The notes under the pieces were generated by a model. The model was given only the letters and a program-made list of their open reading frames with translations. It was not told the DNA's origin and made no database searches. A DNA stretch of 52,190 nucleotides from Trichomonas gallinae (Eukaryota). Below, in pieces: positions 30,961 through 42,138 of the stretch. Both the position numbers and the translations under genes were made by a program. The stretch covers positions 1 to 52,190 of the forward strand of contig MRSU01011486.1 in NCBI GenBank assembly GCA_008369845.1, in the 5' to 3' direction. Each line of letters begins with the position of its first letter. The first letter of the stretch is position 1.

Positions 30961-33870
30961 TTACAAGAATGTTGAGTTTTGGAGAATTGAGCTGATGTTT
31001 TCTGTCTCATTTTCGACTTCATTATATAAAGAGTGCAAACGAGTAAAGAGATCTGATGCATTTCCTGTTAATGGAAGAGTTCTATGAACTTTCTTTGGTT
31101 TTGGTGATGGATTCACTTGTGTTTCCATATTGCTGAGATACTTCGGCTCTGGTGATTTCTGTATTTTTACGTTCAAATTGAAGATTTTAAGCAAATTTTG
31201 AATGATTTTTTCGTAATTTGTTTCACTTTCTAATTTAACAAGTTCACTTTTAGCAGTTCTCACAATCGATGATAGTTGGAGCATTGCTGCATGATCACTT
31301 TCATATTTTGTTTTATTTTCTTCTGAATTCCTAAGTTTATCCTCATATTCTCTCTCTTTCATCTGAAGCATACTAACAAGCTTATTGTTGTCGCTCAATT
31401 TCTGCTTAACAATCAAATAATCAGATAATTGAAGCTCATAATCAACAACTTTCTGTCTTAGTTGAGTAATTTGTGCTCTCATGCTATCAGCTTCACCTGC
31501 CTTTTGCAAAGCATTTGTGTATTCATTCATCTTAGAATCATAAATAGATTGCAGCTTTGAGTTTTCTTGTCTCAAGACAATGAGCTGGTTTCTCAAAGAT
31601 TCAGCTTCAGTAGCTTTCTGTTTGATATCAGAATAGTCATTTACTTTTGATTTGAAATTCGACAAATCTTGTTTCGCCTGATTAAGCTGTAGATCATATT
31701 GAGAGATCTTCATCTTGTCCTCATCTATCTTGTTCTGCAAAATCTTGTTTTCATTCTCAAGTTCTTTGTTTCGCTTTGTTAATTGATCAATTTGAGCCGC
31801 ATTTGATTGTTTGTCGAGGTTTTCTTTATAAGATTTGTTCTCAGCTCTAAGAGATTCCACTTCTATCTCCAATGTTCTGTATTTTCTTATTGCTTCCGCA
31901 TAATCACTTTCTCTCTTTGATTTTTGAGCTTCGTTGACAGCAAATTGTGATTTCATCTCTTGCAATTCTTTCTCGACTATAACCAATCTCGTTGCTTTCT
32001 CGAATAAAACTGATTTTTCGTTTAATAATTCTTTCATTTTTGTTTGCAACGCTTCTACTTCGCCTTTTAATCTGCTTTCTTCGAATTTCAAGTTGTCGTG
32101 TTCTTGTTTTAATCGTCCTGAGTCTCTCAGCTTGATCTGAGTCTTCTCTGATAAAATCATCAACTGATCTTGAAGACTTTGTGTTTCTTTCTCTTTGGAC
32201 TCAACGATTTCTTTCAGCTGTTTGTTCATTAGCTTCAGTTTTATTATTCGCTGATTTTGTTTTTCGCTTTTTTCTGCTAATTTTTTCATTAAACTTTGAG
32301 ATGTTTTCATTTCATTTGCTGCATCTTTCAGCTGTGTTTTGTATTCTTGCTCTTTTTCTCTGAGTGCTTTGAGCTCGTTCTCTGACTTTTCTTGGACAGA
32401 TCTGACTTCTCCTGCTGCATTTCCTAGTTTTTCTCTGATTCTTGAAATTTCGTCTTCTGATTCTCTTAATTTCTTCTTGAATGACTCCATGCTGCTTACT
32501 GCTGCATCCAGTTGATCTCTTAATGACTTATTTTCGCTCTTTAATGATTTATTTTCTAAATTTAATCGATTATTTAAATCTTTTGAGCTTTGGGCTTCCA
32601 TGTTTGCGTTTTCTATTGCGCGAAGGTTCTGCTCAAAGCTGGACCTCACTTCAGCGCTTTTTTCAAGCAAATTTGCCAATTGATTTTCTAATTGGTCAAT
32701 TTTGCCTTGTTTTGTAGAAATTTCTTTCCTATTCTGTATGTTTCGCTCACTTTCTGTTCTAAACTCACTTTGGAGCATTGCTTTCTGTCTTTCTGAATTA
32801 CTCAGCTGAATCTGAAGCAATCTGATCTGTTCTCGCATGGATGAAGTTGATGCAGCCAGTTGGTCATAAGTGTGTGAAAGCTTTGATGTTTCAAGTTGTA
32901 GATCAGTGTGGCGATTTAAAATATAACTAATAATGTCATCGACGTTTGATTCTTGTAGATTTAATGCCTGTGAGATCCTCTGGTATCCAATTTTGTATTC
33001 ATGGAACTTTTCGACGACTTTTTCAAAAATATATTTTGATGGAACGTCATCATGTGTATTTAGCACGTTAATCTTAAGATTATTAAGTTGTTGTGTTATT
33101 TTTGCATTCTCATCTTTGTATTTTAACAATTTATCGATCGCTGAATTAATTTTTTGATAATCATTTTGATTTAGATCGTTTTGATATGTTGTTCCATATA
33201 ACTTATTGGCAATGATTAAAAATTGATTGCGTTGAGACGATAATTCATTCTGTAAATTAGAATTTTTTGAATTTATTTCACTTATTTGACTTTCTAGACT
33301 CTTTAGTTGCGCATATTGTATTATATCTTCAGAACGCTTAGAATCTCTATCAATAGTGACAAAAACGTTACTTAACGAATCAAAGATATCTCGAAACGTT
33401 TGAAATACTTCATCAAATGATGCAGAATCTGACGAAATTGACGTAAGTTTATTTAAAAGAAGTAAAATGGATGGATTACTTTTAGTTAATTTAATAAAAC
33501 TTTGATTGATCTTTAAATTCTGTATCGAACTAATTACTGATTTTAATAATATCAATGAATTTGATTTGGGAATCATTTCCTTTTTGAGTCTTTCGATTTC
33601 TTTATCTTTTTCCAATATTTTTGATTGTAAAGTTTCGATTTCGACTTTATTTCTTGCACGTAAAAATCTTATTTCCGATGATTCGACGTCTGTTGATATC
33701 CATCTTGGAGAATTTTGAAGTTGACTTTCAGCAAGTTTTAATTTTGCTTTTGTTGATTCCAATTCATCTTTTAGCTGCATCTCATTCTTTTTTATTTCAC
33801 TCAACGTTTGACGTGTCTCAATCAGAATCTGCTGAAGTTGAGTTTTATCAATATAATCAGAATCATTCAT
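30961..33870 (-). CDS. Long coiled-coil protein
   Basis: 969 aa with continuous L/E/K/Q heptads. Inr TCACT at 33883-33887. Confidence 0.85.
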   Translation of the reverse strand: MNDSDYIDKTQLQQILIETRQTLSEIKKNEMQLKDELESTKAKLKLAESQLQNSPRWISTDVESSEIRFLRARNKVEIETLQSKILEKDKEIERLKKEMIPKSNSLILLKSVISSIQNLKINQSFIKLTKSNPSILLLLNKLTSISSDSASFDEVFQTFRDIFDSLSNVFVTIDRDSKRSEDIIQYAQLKSLESQISEINSKNSNLQNELSSQRNQFLIIANKLYGTTYQNDLNQNDYQKINSAIDKLLKYKDENAKITQQLNNLKINVLNTHDDVPSKYIFEKVVEKFHEYKIGYQRISQALNLQESNVDDIISYILNRHTDLQLETSKLSHTYDQLAASTSSMREQIRLLQIQLSNSERQKAMLQSEFRTESERNIQNRKEISTKQGKIDQLENQLANLLEKSAEVRSSFEQNLRAIENANMEAQSSKDLNNRLNLENKSLKSENKSLRDQLDAAVSSMESFKKKLRESEDEISRIREKLGNAAGEVRSVQEKSENELKALREKEQEYKTQLKDAANEMKTSQSLMKKLAEKSEKQNQRIIKLKLMNKQLKEIVESKEKETQSLQDQLMILSEKTQIKLRDSGRLKQEHDNLKFEESRLKGEVEALQTKMKELLNEKSVLFEKATRLVIVEKELQEMKSQFAVNEAQKSKRESDYAEAIRKYRTLEIEVESLRAENKSYKENLDKQSNAAQIDQLTKRNKELENENKILQNKIDEDKMKISQYDLQLNQAKQDLSNFKSKVNDYSDIKQKATEAESLRNQLIVLRQENSKLQSIYDSKMNEYTNALQKAGEADSMRAQITQLRQKVVDYELQLSDYLIVKQKLSDNNKLVSMLQMKEREYEDKLRNSEENKTKYESDHAAMLQLSSIVRTAKSELVKLESETNYEKIIQNLLKIFNLNVKIQKSPEPKYLSNMETQVNPSPKPKKVHRTLPLTGNASDLFTRLHSLYNEVENETENISSILQNSTFL

Positions 33871-35037
33871 TTTTATTGCAAAAGTGACAAATAAACTTCA
33901 CTTTTTCAAAATTCAGGGATTTCTAATATTTTTGTTTTAAAATAATACCAAATTTGAAAATAAAATATTTTGTTTAGTTTACATGACAAAATTTGATTAT
34001 TTTACACGACATATATATGATTACATGGCATATTTTACAAATTTGTATTATTTATGTGACACATAAGTAAGAAGATACTTGAAATTGTTCACATAAAGAA
34101 TAGAAAGATTTGGCATGATTCATTCTCTCTATGTTAAATGAATCTAATTTAATACTGTTAGTCGAATTAGGTTCAAAAATGGAAATTTAATGTTTTTGAG
34201 ATTTAAATTTCATCATGAGAAAAAGAAATTCAAATAGTAATAAAGCTGATTGAATGTATTGTTTCCATTGAATCTAATAACATATATTTATAGTAGTAAA
34301 TTTTGACCTTATTCAAATTTCAATAAATATTCATACAAACATTATTATAATGGATAACAAGGATCTACATCAATTAATTGGGCTAGATAGTTCATTTATG
34401 ATGATATCTTCACCATAACTCTAGTATATGTTGCTAGTAAATCACTTTCAATTACATTGAATTTTCAATTAGCTATGTAAGCTTTTCAAAAAAACTGAGG
34501 TGGTGAAAAGTGACAATATTTTTGATTTTGAGCATTTTCAAGGAATAAAATCAATAATTATAATATGTTACAAAGCAAAAAGTGAAACTAATCAGCAACT
34601 AATAACATAGCAAATAAAAAATAATAATTTTAAAAAATGTTGAATTTTGCTGAATAAAATTGAGATATCTCATATTGTCCATTATGATTGTATTTTGATA
34701 CATGTGAATGTTGGAAATTATAAGTAGTAGCATGATATTATGGAATATTGAATGATTTCCTAACTTGACCACACAAAATTATGAAAATTAGAAGATGTGG
34801 ATTATTTCCCTCATATCATCTAATATTGTATAATGCGATTTTATATACCAAACTTATATCTTACTTGAATTGATCACAACCTTCAATAATCTTTATTTTC
34901 TTGGCTCACCAATTATCAATTTATTTATATTCCAAGTGTTGACTAGAAAGGTGAAATAGTTTTTAAGTTCAAAGGCTAAATATGAAAAAAAATTATATTT
35001 ACTATTTTCAACTTTTATTCCGACTCAAAACAATTTC

Positions 35038-35565
35038 TCATGGTAATTTAAACATTGAGCTAAATAAAGAGCTCATTGCCAAATCATCCACGCGATTCCA
35101 AATTTGCTCAAATGTATCAGCATCCGTAAAAGGATACATTGACTTTTCTTGGTTCTGATTGCTTTCAAAGGTATTCATTTCCTGAAATTGGTTTACATTC
35201 TTTTTATTTTTTGAATCTCTTTTTCTTCCTTGATTATGTCTGATGATCAAAGACCATCTATTTTTGATAGCTGAAGTGGATCTACCAGGTAAGAACTTAG
35301 ATATATAAGACCATTTATTTCCGAATTGCTTCTGAAGCTCTATTAAGGTCTTATCTTCATCTTCGCCCCATTTATCCTTATTCAGCTCTGGGCATAAGGC
35401 GAAAATCCACCTTTCTCTACACTGTTTACCAGTTCTCCCCGGTAATGCATTGGAGATCTGCGTCCAATTGTGCGCACCATGGAGATTTACTTGTTGGATG
35501 ATAATCTGATCTTCAGCAGCAGTCCATTTATTTTTCGGAGAACCCCGCTTGTTAGTTACATGCAT
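35038..35565 (-). CDS. R2R3 Myb transcription factor
   Basis: KWTAAEDQII...NWTQIS..LPGRTGKQCRERW and KWGEDEDKTL...FGNKWSYISKFLPGRSTSAIKNRW. Confidence 0.95.
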   Translation of the reverse strand: MHVTNKRGSPKNKWTAAEDQIIIQQVNLHGAHNWTQISNALPGRTGKQCRERWIFALCPELNKDKWGEDEDKTLIELQKQFGNKWSYISKFLPGRSTSAIKNRWSLIIRHNQGRKRDSKNKKNVNQFQEMNTFESNQNQEKSMYPFTDADTFEQIWNRVDDLAMSSLFSSMFKLP

Positions 35566-37229
35566 TAAAAATTAAAAAGACAAGATTGAATTATATTCAA
35601 TAAATTGAGTCAACCGTTAAATATTTTTTTAAATACATTTTGAAAACGCATTTCCAGTTCTATACATGTTTTTAGTCGATGTGGGCAACAAATAGTCCGT
35701 TGACTATTTTATTGTTTTGATTGGAAGAAAAATAAATTAAAAACATAATAAAAACAGTATAAATAATTAGTTGACTTTCCTATAAGTCGAAAATATTTTT
35801 GAATTACAACGTATTTATAATTGATATATGGTAATATTTATTGATAAAACATTAATCAAAATTTGATATATCTCAAATATTTCTGAAGATAATATTTTAT
35901 TTTGATATTATGTTGCATTCTCTGTATCAATCATATGTTGTCCAATTCAAAACTGAAATGTAAAATTTTATATTTTAAATATAGTTTAATAATCATCTAT
36001 AGATCGATGGGTTCCATTTGAAAAAGAAAATGTAAAATAATTATATTACATTTCATAGTTTTGAACAAAATCGAATGCAATTTAATCATCATTGAAAAAA
36101 TTGCGTTAGTATAATCTAATCGTTTGTATGTATCTGGATGATAGTTTCTGCAAGTACAAATCAAAAACAATTCATAATTTTTGAATGTTTTAGTGGTTTT
36201 GTAATTCAATATATAATCGTTGTAATTTAGCTTATTAATCTCCTAAGATTATATATTTTCGCAAATCTTTTCTTTCAAATATTTTTCTTAGTGCAGGTAA
36301 TAGTTTTAACCGCCAAAATTCAGAGGTACGTTATATGGCAAGCCGCTTTATTCCCTCAAATACAACCGATAACATTAACAAAATTCTGATCGAGTTTTGA
36401 TGTACGTTATTTTGGATAAAAAACTTGACCAATGATCAAATTATATTTCCAATTAAATTACAAAAATATATTCTATATCATTAAATCTAGGCTATACTAT
36501 TGTTTTCAGAATCAAATATTCCAAAAGATAGTGAATGATGAATAAAATAACTCTACGCTTATTTCCCATATTTTTGTGCTACATATGAATGTGAAAATAC
36601 GCTTTTATTGCTTATTTTACATATTTAATTAAATTGTTTGAAAACAGTGATTTTTCACAGATATTCAATATTCTGTTTTTCAAAGCAGTGCATGAATATA
36701 ATACTTGATTCCTATGAAATGAATTACAGTAATTTAATTTCTTCTACTATAAAGTGTGATAATGCTTTATAACTATAAATACAACCTTGCAAAAACCAAA
36801 GTAATCATTTACTGCGCCATCAAATGTTCTAAATTCCATTTTTCATATGATCTACAGTGGATCGTCTATTGTATACTGAAATTCATGATTGTCTCTTTTA
36901 TTACAATTCTAGATTCTTTGGCTTAGGAAATTTGCATGGAGAAATCGATTTAAATAATTTTGATTAATTTTCGAATTTGTACGTTATCGCATATACAATT
37001 CTGGACTTAATTCATCTATTGCATTGGTTTTACTGAGTTGGAATTGATGTGTTATCCTTGATTTTAATGAAGTAATAAATAATTGAGATTTAATAAATTA
37101 ATGTTTTTTAACACTCTCCGATTATTTGTGGTTTATATGATGTCTAGATATAGAAAATGCAGGAAATAGATGGCGACGTACCCGAATTAAATAAAAAAAC
37201 TATAACAAACAAACGATAGAAAGTAAAAA

Positions 37230-39197
37230 ATGCTGAAGTATGTTTCTGCTTTTAATCCGCAGAGATTAAAGGACGAGAAGCAGGCACGTGTTAGAATACT
37301 GGACTCCACACCTGATGGTAAGCTTTTGGTGCAAATAAACACTCCTAAACATACTTCAATTGAATTAGTGAACGAAAACGGCGAATGTACAACAGCAGTG
37401 TCATTCAACAAATACATGGACTTTATAAATGCCAATCTATCGAATGATAATGAGTTATTACATCTCGTTGAAAGAATTCCTTCGCCTAAGGGCTTCTGTT
37501 TTTCGTCAAGGATCATGCATATATTTGGAAGTCAAGTTTCCAGGGAAATAATCTCTGAACACCCAATAACAGGAAAATTTATTAATATAAATCCTGCAAA
37601 AGGTTATCAAATGCTTCACATAATGGGCACAAAGTTGACACATTTGCATATAACGCTCAGTAAGACATCGATAAGCTGGAATGTAATAAGAGGTGGTATT
37701 AATATTCCAACACTTATCGCTTATCATTATTTTCGCGACACCTCGACCTTAACAACCGTTTATTTAGATGATAAGATATACAAATACGCCACTTTTCACT
37801 TCAGAGAAGATGGTGTAAAGTCTAAACCACCAATTAATATAACTGTGAATGAAAAGTCAGCTCTTCCTCCTGAATTAGCCCTGAATGCGTCATCACAGAT
37901 GCATTTGCCGATATTTCGCGCACAGCTGAGGCGCTTTTTCTTTGAAAAATGCAATGGTCAAGTTTTTATTATCCAGCAGCTTTACGATATAAACACGTCA
38001 AACCTTTCATTCAATGTTTTGGCCTTTCCCAAGCACTTCTCACAGATTGTTTCTGTTCCAGGCGTTTCTCCTGATCATCCGATTTGCTCACTTCATTTTT
38101 CGAATTTGCTCATTATTTTTGCACCAAATCTATTTGTTATAGTCATAGATATGAGCTCGACCCCACCAATTATCACGTCAATGCCTTCTTCTCTTTCAAT
38201 TAGTATTTGCGGTTCATTGGCTTCGAATATTCCAATTAAGAACGCGATTGTCGATATAAATACGAATGAAGTCTTCAAGGTTTCAATAGATGTCAAAAAT
38301 ATGCATTTATACGAAAGATCTTTCGATAGATTCACAATTCCGACGATTTCGATGATATTAGCGCGCCAAATGGATGTGGGTACTATAGTGTCCATTCTAG
38401 AATCGCTTACACAGTTTAATGATCGTTTTCAGCTTTTGAATTTTATTCAATGTTTTCATAACGACTTCGTAGGACCAGATTCTAGAGCTTTTCGAAATCA
38501 TTACAGCGTTCCAACGCTTTCCAAGGCTGCTTCTTTCTCTTCTTCGTTTAAACCGGAGAGAATTTACTCAGGAAATGTTGTAACATCGAGAAAGAAAGTT
38601 CCTGAGGAATCATTGTCGCATATAGAAGTAATAGATGCAGAATTCCCATCTGCTAGCAGCATCACAAGAGTTGCTTGCTTCAAAAGAATATTTACTCAAA
38701 TTGCAAACGAATCTCGCGAAAAGAGCCCTGAATATATTGCTGATAAAGCTTTTAAGGTCATCAGACGCCAAAACTCAGCAGCTCTCTGCATGAGAACTGT
38801 TTTGGATCAAATTGCTTCAGAAAAGAGTTTTGATCAGATAGATATACTTACAATCAAAATCGCAGTTGCTACAGAAACGATTAATCTAAATTTGCCTTCA
38901 GTTGCATGCTTATCTTCAGAAATTGCTCATGATGCAGAAAAAACTTGCTCAAATCCTGTTAAAACAGCTTTATCGTCTCACAGAGTTACAGGTCGTATCT
39001 TTCCTGCTAAAGAAGCCACCCATTGGCGTAAAAGAATTCCACAATATATTTTCGACGCCGCGAAACCAGGAAATTCGACAAGTTCAGGAAGCGACTGGTC
39101 ATCATCTATTGCAAGCAGCAGTGTTTTCATTCCTCGCTCGCATTCACGAAAAATTGGAAGTTCTTATTATACGATGTCAGTTCAGCCATACGCCTAA
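37230..39197 (+). CDS. GSAP/Pigeon-like protein; paralog of 9556..11472
   Basis: Colinear similarity with 9556..11472: MLKY..P.R.KDE, ER(V/I)PSPKGF, RGGI.IP.LI.YH, LP.ELALN, EFPS, and a Ser-rich tail. Confidence 0.6.
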   Translation: MLKYVSAFNPQRLKDEKQARVRILDSTPDGKLLVQINTPKHTSIELVNENGECTTAVSFNKYMDFINANLSNDNELLHLVERIPSPKGFCFSSRIMHIFGSQVSREIISEHPITGKFININPAKGYQMLHIMGTKLTHLHITLSKTSISWNVIRGGINIPTLIAYHYFRDTSTLTTVYLDDKIYKYATFHFREDGVKSKPPINITVNEKSALPPELALNASSQMHLPIFRAQLRRFFFEKCNGQVFIIQQLYDINTSNLSFNVLAFPKHFSQIVSVPGVSPDHPICSLHFSNLLIIFAPNLFVIVIDMSSTPPIITSMPSSLSISICGSLASNIPIKNAIVDINTNEVFKVSIDVKNMHLYERSFDRFTIPTISMILARQMDVGTIVSILESLTQFNDRFQLLNFIQCFHNDFVGPDSRAFRNHYSVPTLSKAASFSSSFKPERIYSGNVVTSRKKVPEESLSHIEVIDAEFPSASSITRVACFKRIFTQIANESREKSPEYIADKAFKVIRRQNSAALCMRTVLDQIASEKSFDQIDILTIKIAVATETINLNLPSVACLSSEIAHDAEKTCSNPVKTALSSHRVTGRIFPAKEATHWRKRIPQYIFDAAKPGNSTSSGSDWSSSIASSSVFIPRSHSRKIGSSYYTMSVQPYA

Positions 39198-39384
39198 TTG
39201 TATTACTATATTTTTGTCTACATTGATTCAATTCTTGAATCAATTATATTATATTATTCATGTTTAAATTTTTAGTGTTTTTTGTTTGATTTATCATAAC
39301 CAACAACCATTTTTACCTATGTAGTTTTAAGTTCCTCGAGTTAATTTACTGAGGAAGTCAAAATCATTAATGAAAAATCTCTTT

Positions 39385-39735
39385 ATTACAATTCTAATTT
39401 ATATGAATCACAATGACAAATAGTGTAAGATATTTTGGTGCTTTGGGTAAAAGAACTAAGACTTTTATTTATTAGAAAAAATAATTCAAATTCTAATTTA
39501 TTATTACATTTCTGAGATATATGAATTAAAATAATAAATAATGTAATATATGTTGATGCTATACACAAGAGAACCAAGATATTTATCTATGAGAAAAAAT
39601 AAATCAAATTCTGATTTAATATTACATTTCTGAAGTCTAAGAATTGATATAACAAATAATATATGAAATTTTGGAAACATATATAAGAGAACTATGATAT
39701 TTATCTATTAGAAAAAAATATTTCAAATATTAAAA
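39385..39735. repeat. Degenerate tandem repeat, ~118-bp unit, about 3 copies
   Basis: AGAAC.A/TGA..TTTAT.TAT.AGAAAAAAT...TCAAAT recurs at about 39452, 39570 and 39688. TATTACATTTCTGA occurs twice. Confidence 0.75.
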
Positions 39736-40324
39736 TGAAAATGGTGTACAGAAATTTGGTTTATATGGATTCTGTTGTATTAGAAATAGATTTATTAGTT
39801 ACATGTATAAATGAAATGATTTAAGGGTTTGACGACTCTTTATCGCAGAACTTTTTATAGCAGAATCATTGCTCAAATCAACAAAATTTGGGTTAATTTT
39901 ATATAAATATTGCTGCACGATGTGGTATTTAGCCTGTATAGGACCTGAAAAATCGAATATTCGAAGAGTTAATGATAAATGACGTGAATATGATTTGACA
40001 ATTTGAAGTAAAAAATTTAAAACCGATATTTTGATAAAATGGAGGATAATAATCATTATGCTGCAATATTCTGAAACTAATCAATTGACAATGAACAAAA
40101 CAAAAATAAAAAACGCTAGTTTATTTTAGAGGAGTCAATAATAGGCATTTGTACATGTCACAGATATATCAGATGAAAAACTAGGATTCAATGTCCAATT
40201 CTGGATTCAAATGATGAATGAAAAGTGAGCTGTCACTTTTAGATCAGATTCATTATGATTGTTAAAGCAAAATAATGGCTATATAAATTTTTTATGTGGC
40301 ACTTTTTACTATATTTAATTTTCT

Positions 40325-41698
40325 ATGTTTTTTGTTTTTTGTCTTGTTTTTGCTTTTTCGCACGACGTTATTGTCGTCGATGGAGGAAGTACTGGAACAA
40401 GACTATATATATACTCGTACTCGAACGCGGACGACTTATCCTCATTTTCTGTATATCGAAATAAGCAAGGAGAGCAAGTATTGTTTAAGACACATATTCC
40501 TTTACATCTAGCGCTTCAAGATGAAAGCGTTATAGAGCAAGTTTTCACAACTTTAATCTTCGAAGGAATAAATAACGAAATTCCAGCATCAAATCGCAGC
40601 AGTATTCCAATTTTCATACTTCTTAGTGGAGGAGTAAGAAATCTGACTCAGAGTGAAAGAAATACATTGTTAGGTAAAATTTTCATTTTCATGGAGCAAA
40701 GAACTAATTATCAAATCAAGAAAAACCACGTAAGAGTAATTTTAGGGAATGAAGAAGGACTGTTTGCATGGCTTTCAACTAACTTAGCACTGGGAAAACT
40801 AAAAACGGATAATACAATAGCGACAATAGAAATGGGAGGCACAGCTATAAACGTGGCAACAGAGATACCATCCTCATACAGTTCGAAATTCAACAAATAT
40901 GTCTACAATATATTCGATGGGAGCCGAACATACAACGTTTTTGCTCACTCGTGGGATGATTGGGGCGACAGATCATCGGAATTCGCGATTGACCAGATAA
41001 TATACGATGAAACAGGAAAAACAGAATCCCCGTGTTATCTGAACGGAAGTGTTCAAGAGATTCCCCTAAAAGATGGAATTCATAATTTTACAGGAACGTC
41101 AAATTACGAAAAATGCCAAGAATACATTTCGAAATACTACAAGAAGCCGGCATCGAATGAATGCGACGGTCTTCCAGCCTTCTTTGAAGATGAAGGTAAT
41201 TGTGTTCCGTTTCCTGGAGGCTTTGAGAAAGTTTACGGATTCGGAGTCTACTTATATTCATTAGAATACTTGAATTATTCAAAGTTTGTCGACATCGATC
41301 CTTATATTGCCAGAATTCACGAATATTCGAACTTAAACTATTCACAGGCTATATCTCTAAACAAATCCTATAAATACACAAAAAGAGCATTCATACAAGC
41401 AAGTTTGTGTATCAATTTCTTAGAACGCGGTACAAATGGGCAAATCAGTCGAATTTATCGTCATGGATATTCAGATCAGTCTCATCTAGTTCTTGATTGG
41501 ACATTTGGAGCCGCTCTTTACTTTGTTTCAACGATCATTATATTTGGATCTCCTTGGTGGAGCTATGTACTGATTGTTATTGCATGCCTCTGTTTAGTAG
41601 ATATATGTATCATCATTGTGATATACGTTATTCGTCGAAAAAGACCGAAGAGAGCAAGATTAAGTGATTCAACGTCATTAGACGACGTTGCACCATAA
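40325..41698 (+). CDS. GDA1/CD39 family NTPDase (apyrase), signal peptide + C-terminal TM
   Basis: ACR1 DGGSTGTR, ACR2 SGGVR, ACR3 GNEEG, ACR4 EMGGTA, ACR5 WTFGA. TM helix followed by RRKR. Confidence 0.9.
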   Translation: MFFVFCLVFAFSHDVIVVDGGSTGTRLYIYSYSNADDLSSFSVYRNKQGEQVLFKTHIPLHLALQDESVIEQVFTTLIFEGINNEIPASNRSSIPIFILLSGGVRNLTQSERNTLLGKIFIFMEQRTNYQIKKNHVRVILGNEEGLFAWLSTNLALGKLKTDNTIATIEMGGTAINVATEIPSSYSSKFNKYVYNIFDGSRTYNVFAHSWDDWGDRSSEFAIDQIIYDETGKTESPCYLNGSVQEIPLKDGIHNFTGTSNYEKCQEYISKYYKKPASNECDGLPAFFEDEGNCVPFPGGFEKVYGFGVYLYSLEYLNYSKFVDIDPYIARIHEYSNLNYSQAISLNKSYKYTKRAFIQASLCINFLERGTNGQISRIYRHGYSDQSHLVLDWTFGAALYFVSTIIIFGSPWWSYVLIVIACLCLVDICIIIVIYVIRRKRPKRARLSDSTSLDDVAP

Positions 41699-42138
41699 TT
41701 ATATTCCGTTTGTATATTATATAATATTTTATATGGCCATAATTGTTTATATTATAAATTATTCATGTTTGTTTTTGAAATATACTGATTTTATCTGCAC
41801 AAATACTTGTATACAGACTAATTTTCCTCCTATTCATATTCCTGAAAAATAGTTATTATCGCTAAACAAATTTAACAATGAGAAAAATATTGCAAAATTG
41901 AACATAAACAATATAATAATTGTGAATTTAAGCTATTTCATGTTTGCTCCTTTAGTGATTTCGCTTCAAATAAAATATTTTCATTGGTTAAAAAAAATAT
42001 ATTTTGATTTAAGAATTGCTGTTCGCATAATGATTTATATGCTGAACTCTATTGATTTGCCAATGAAATCAGTTACAACTAGATATCATTTATTATTTTT
42101 CAAAAAAATAAAACAAATATTGAGAAATAATATAACAA

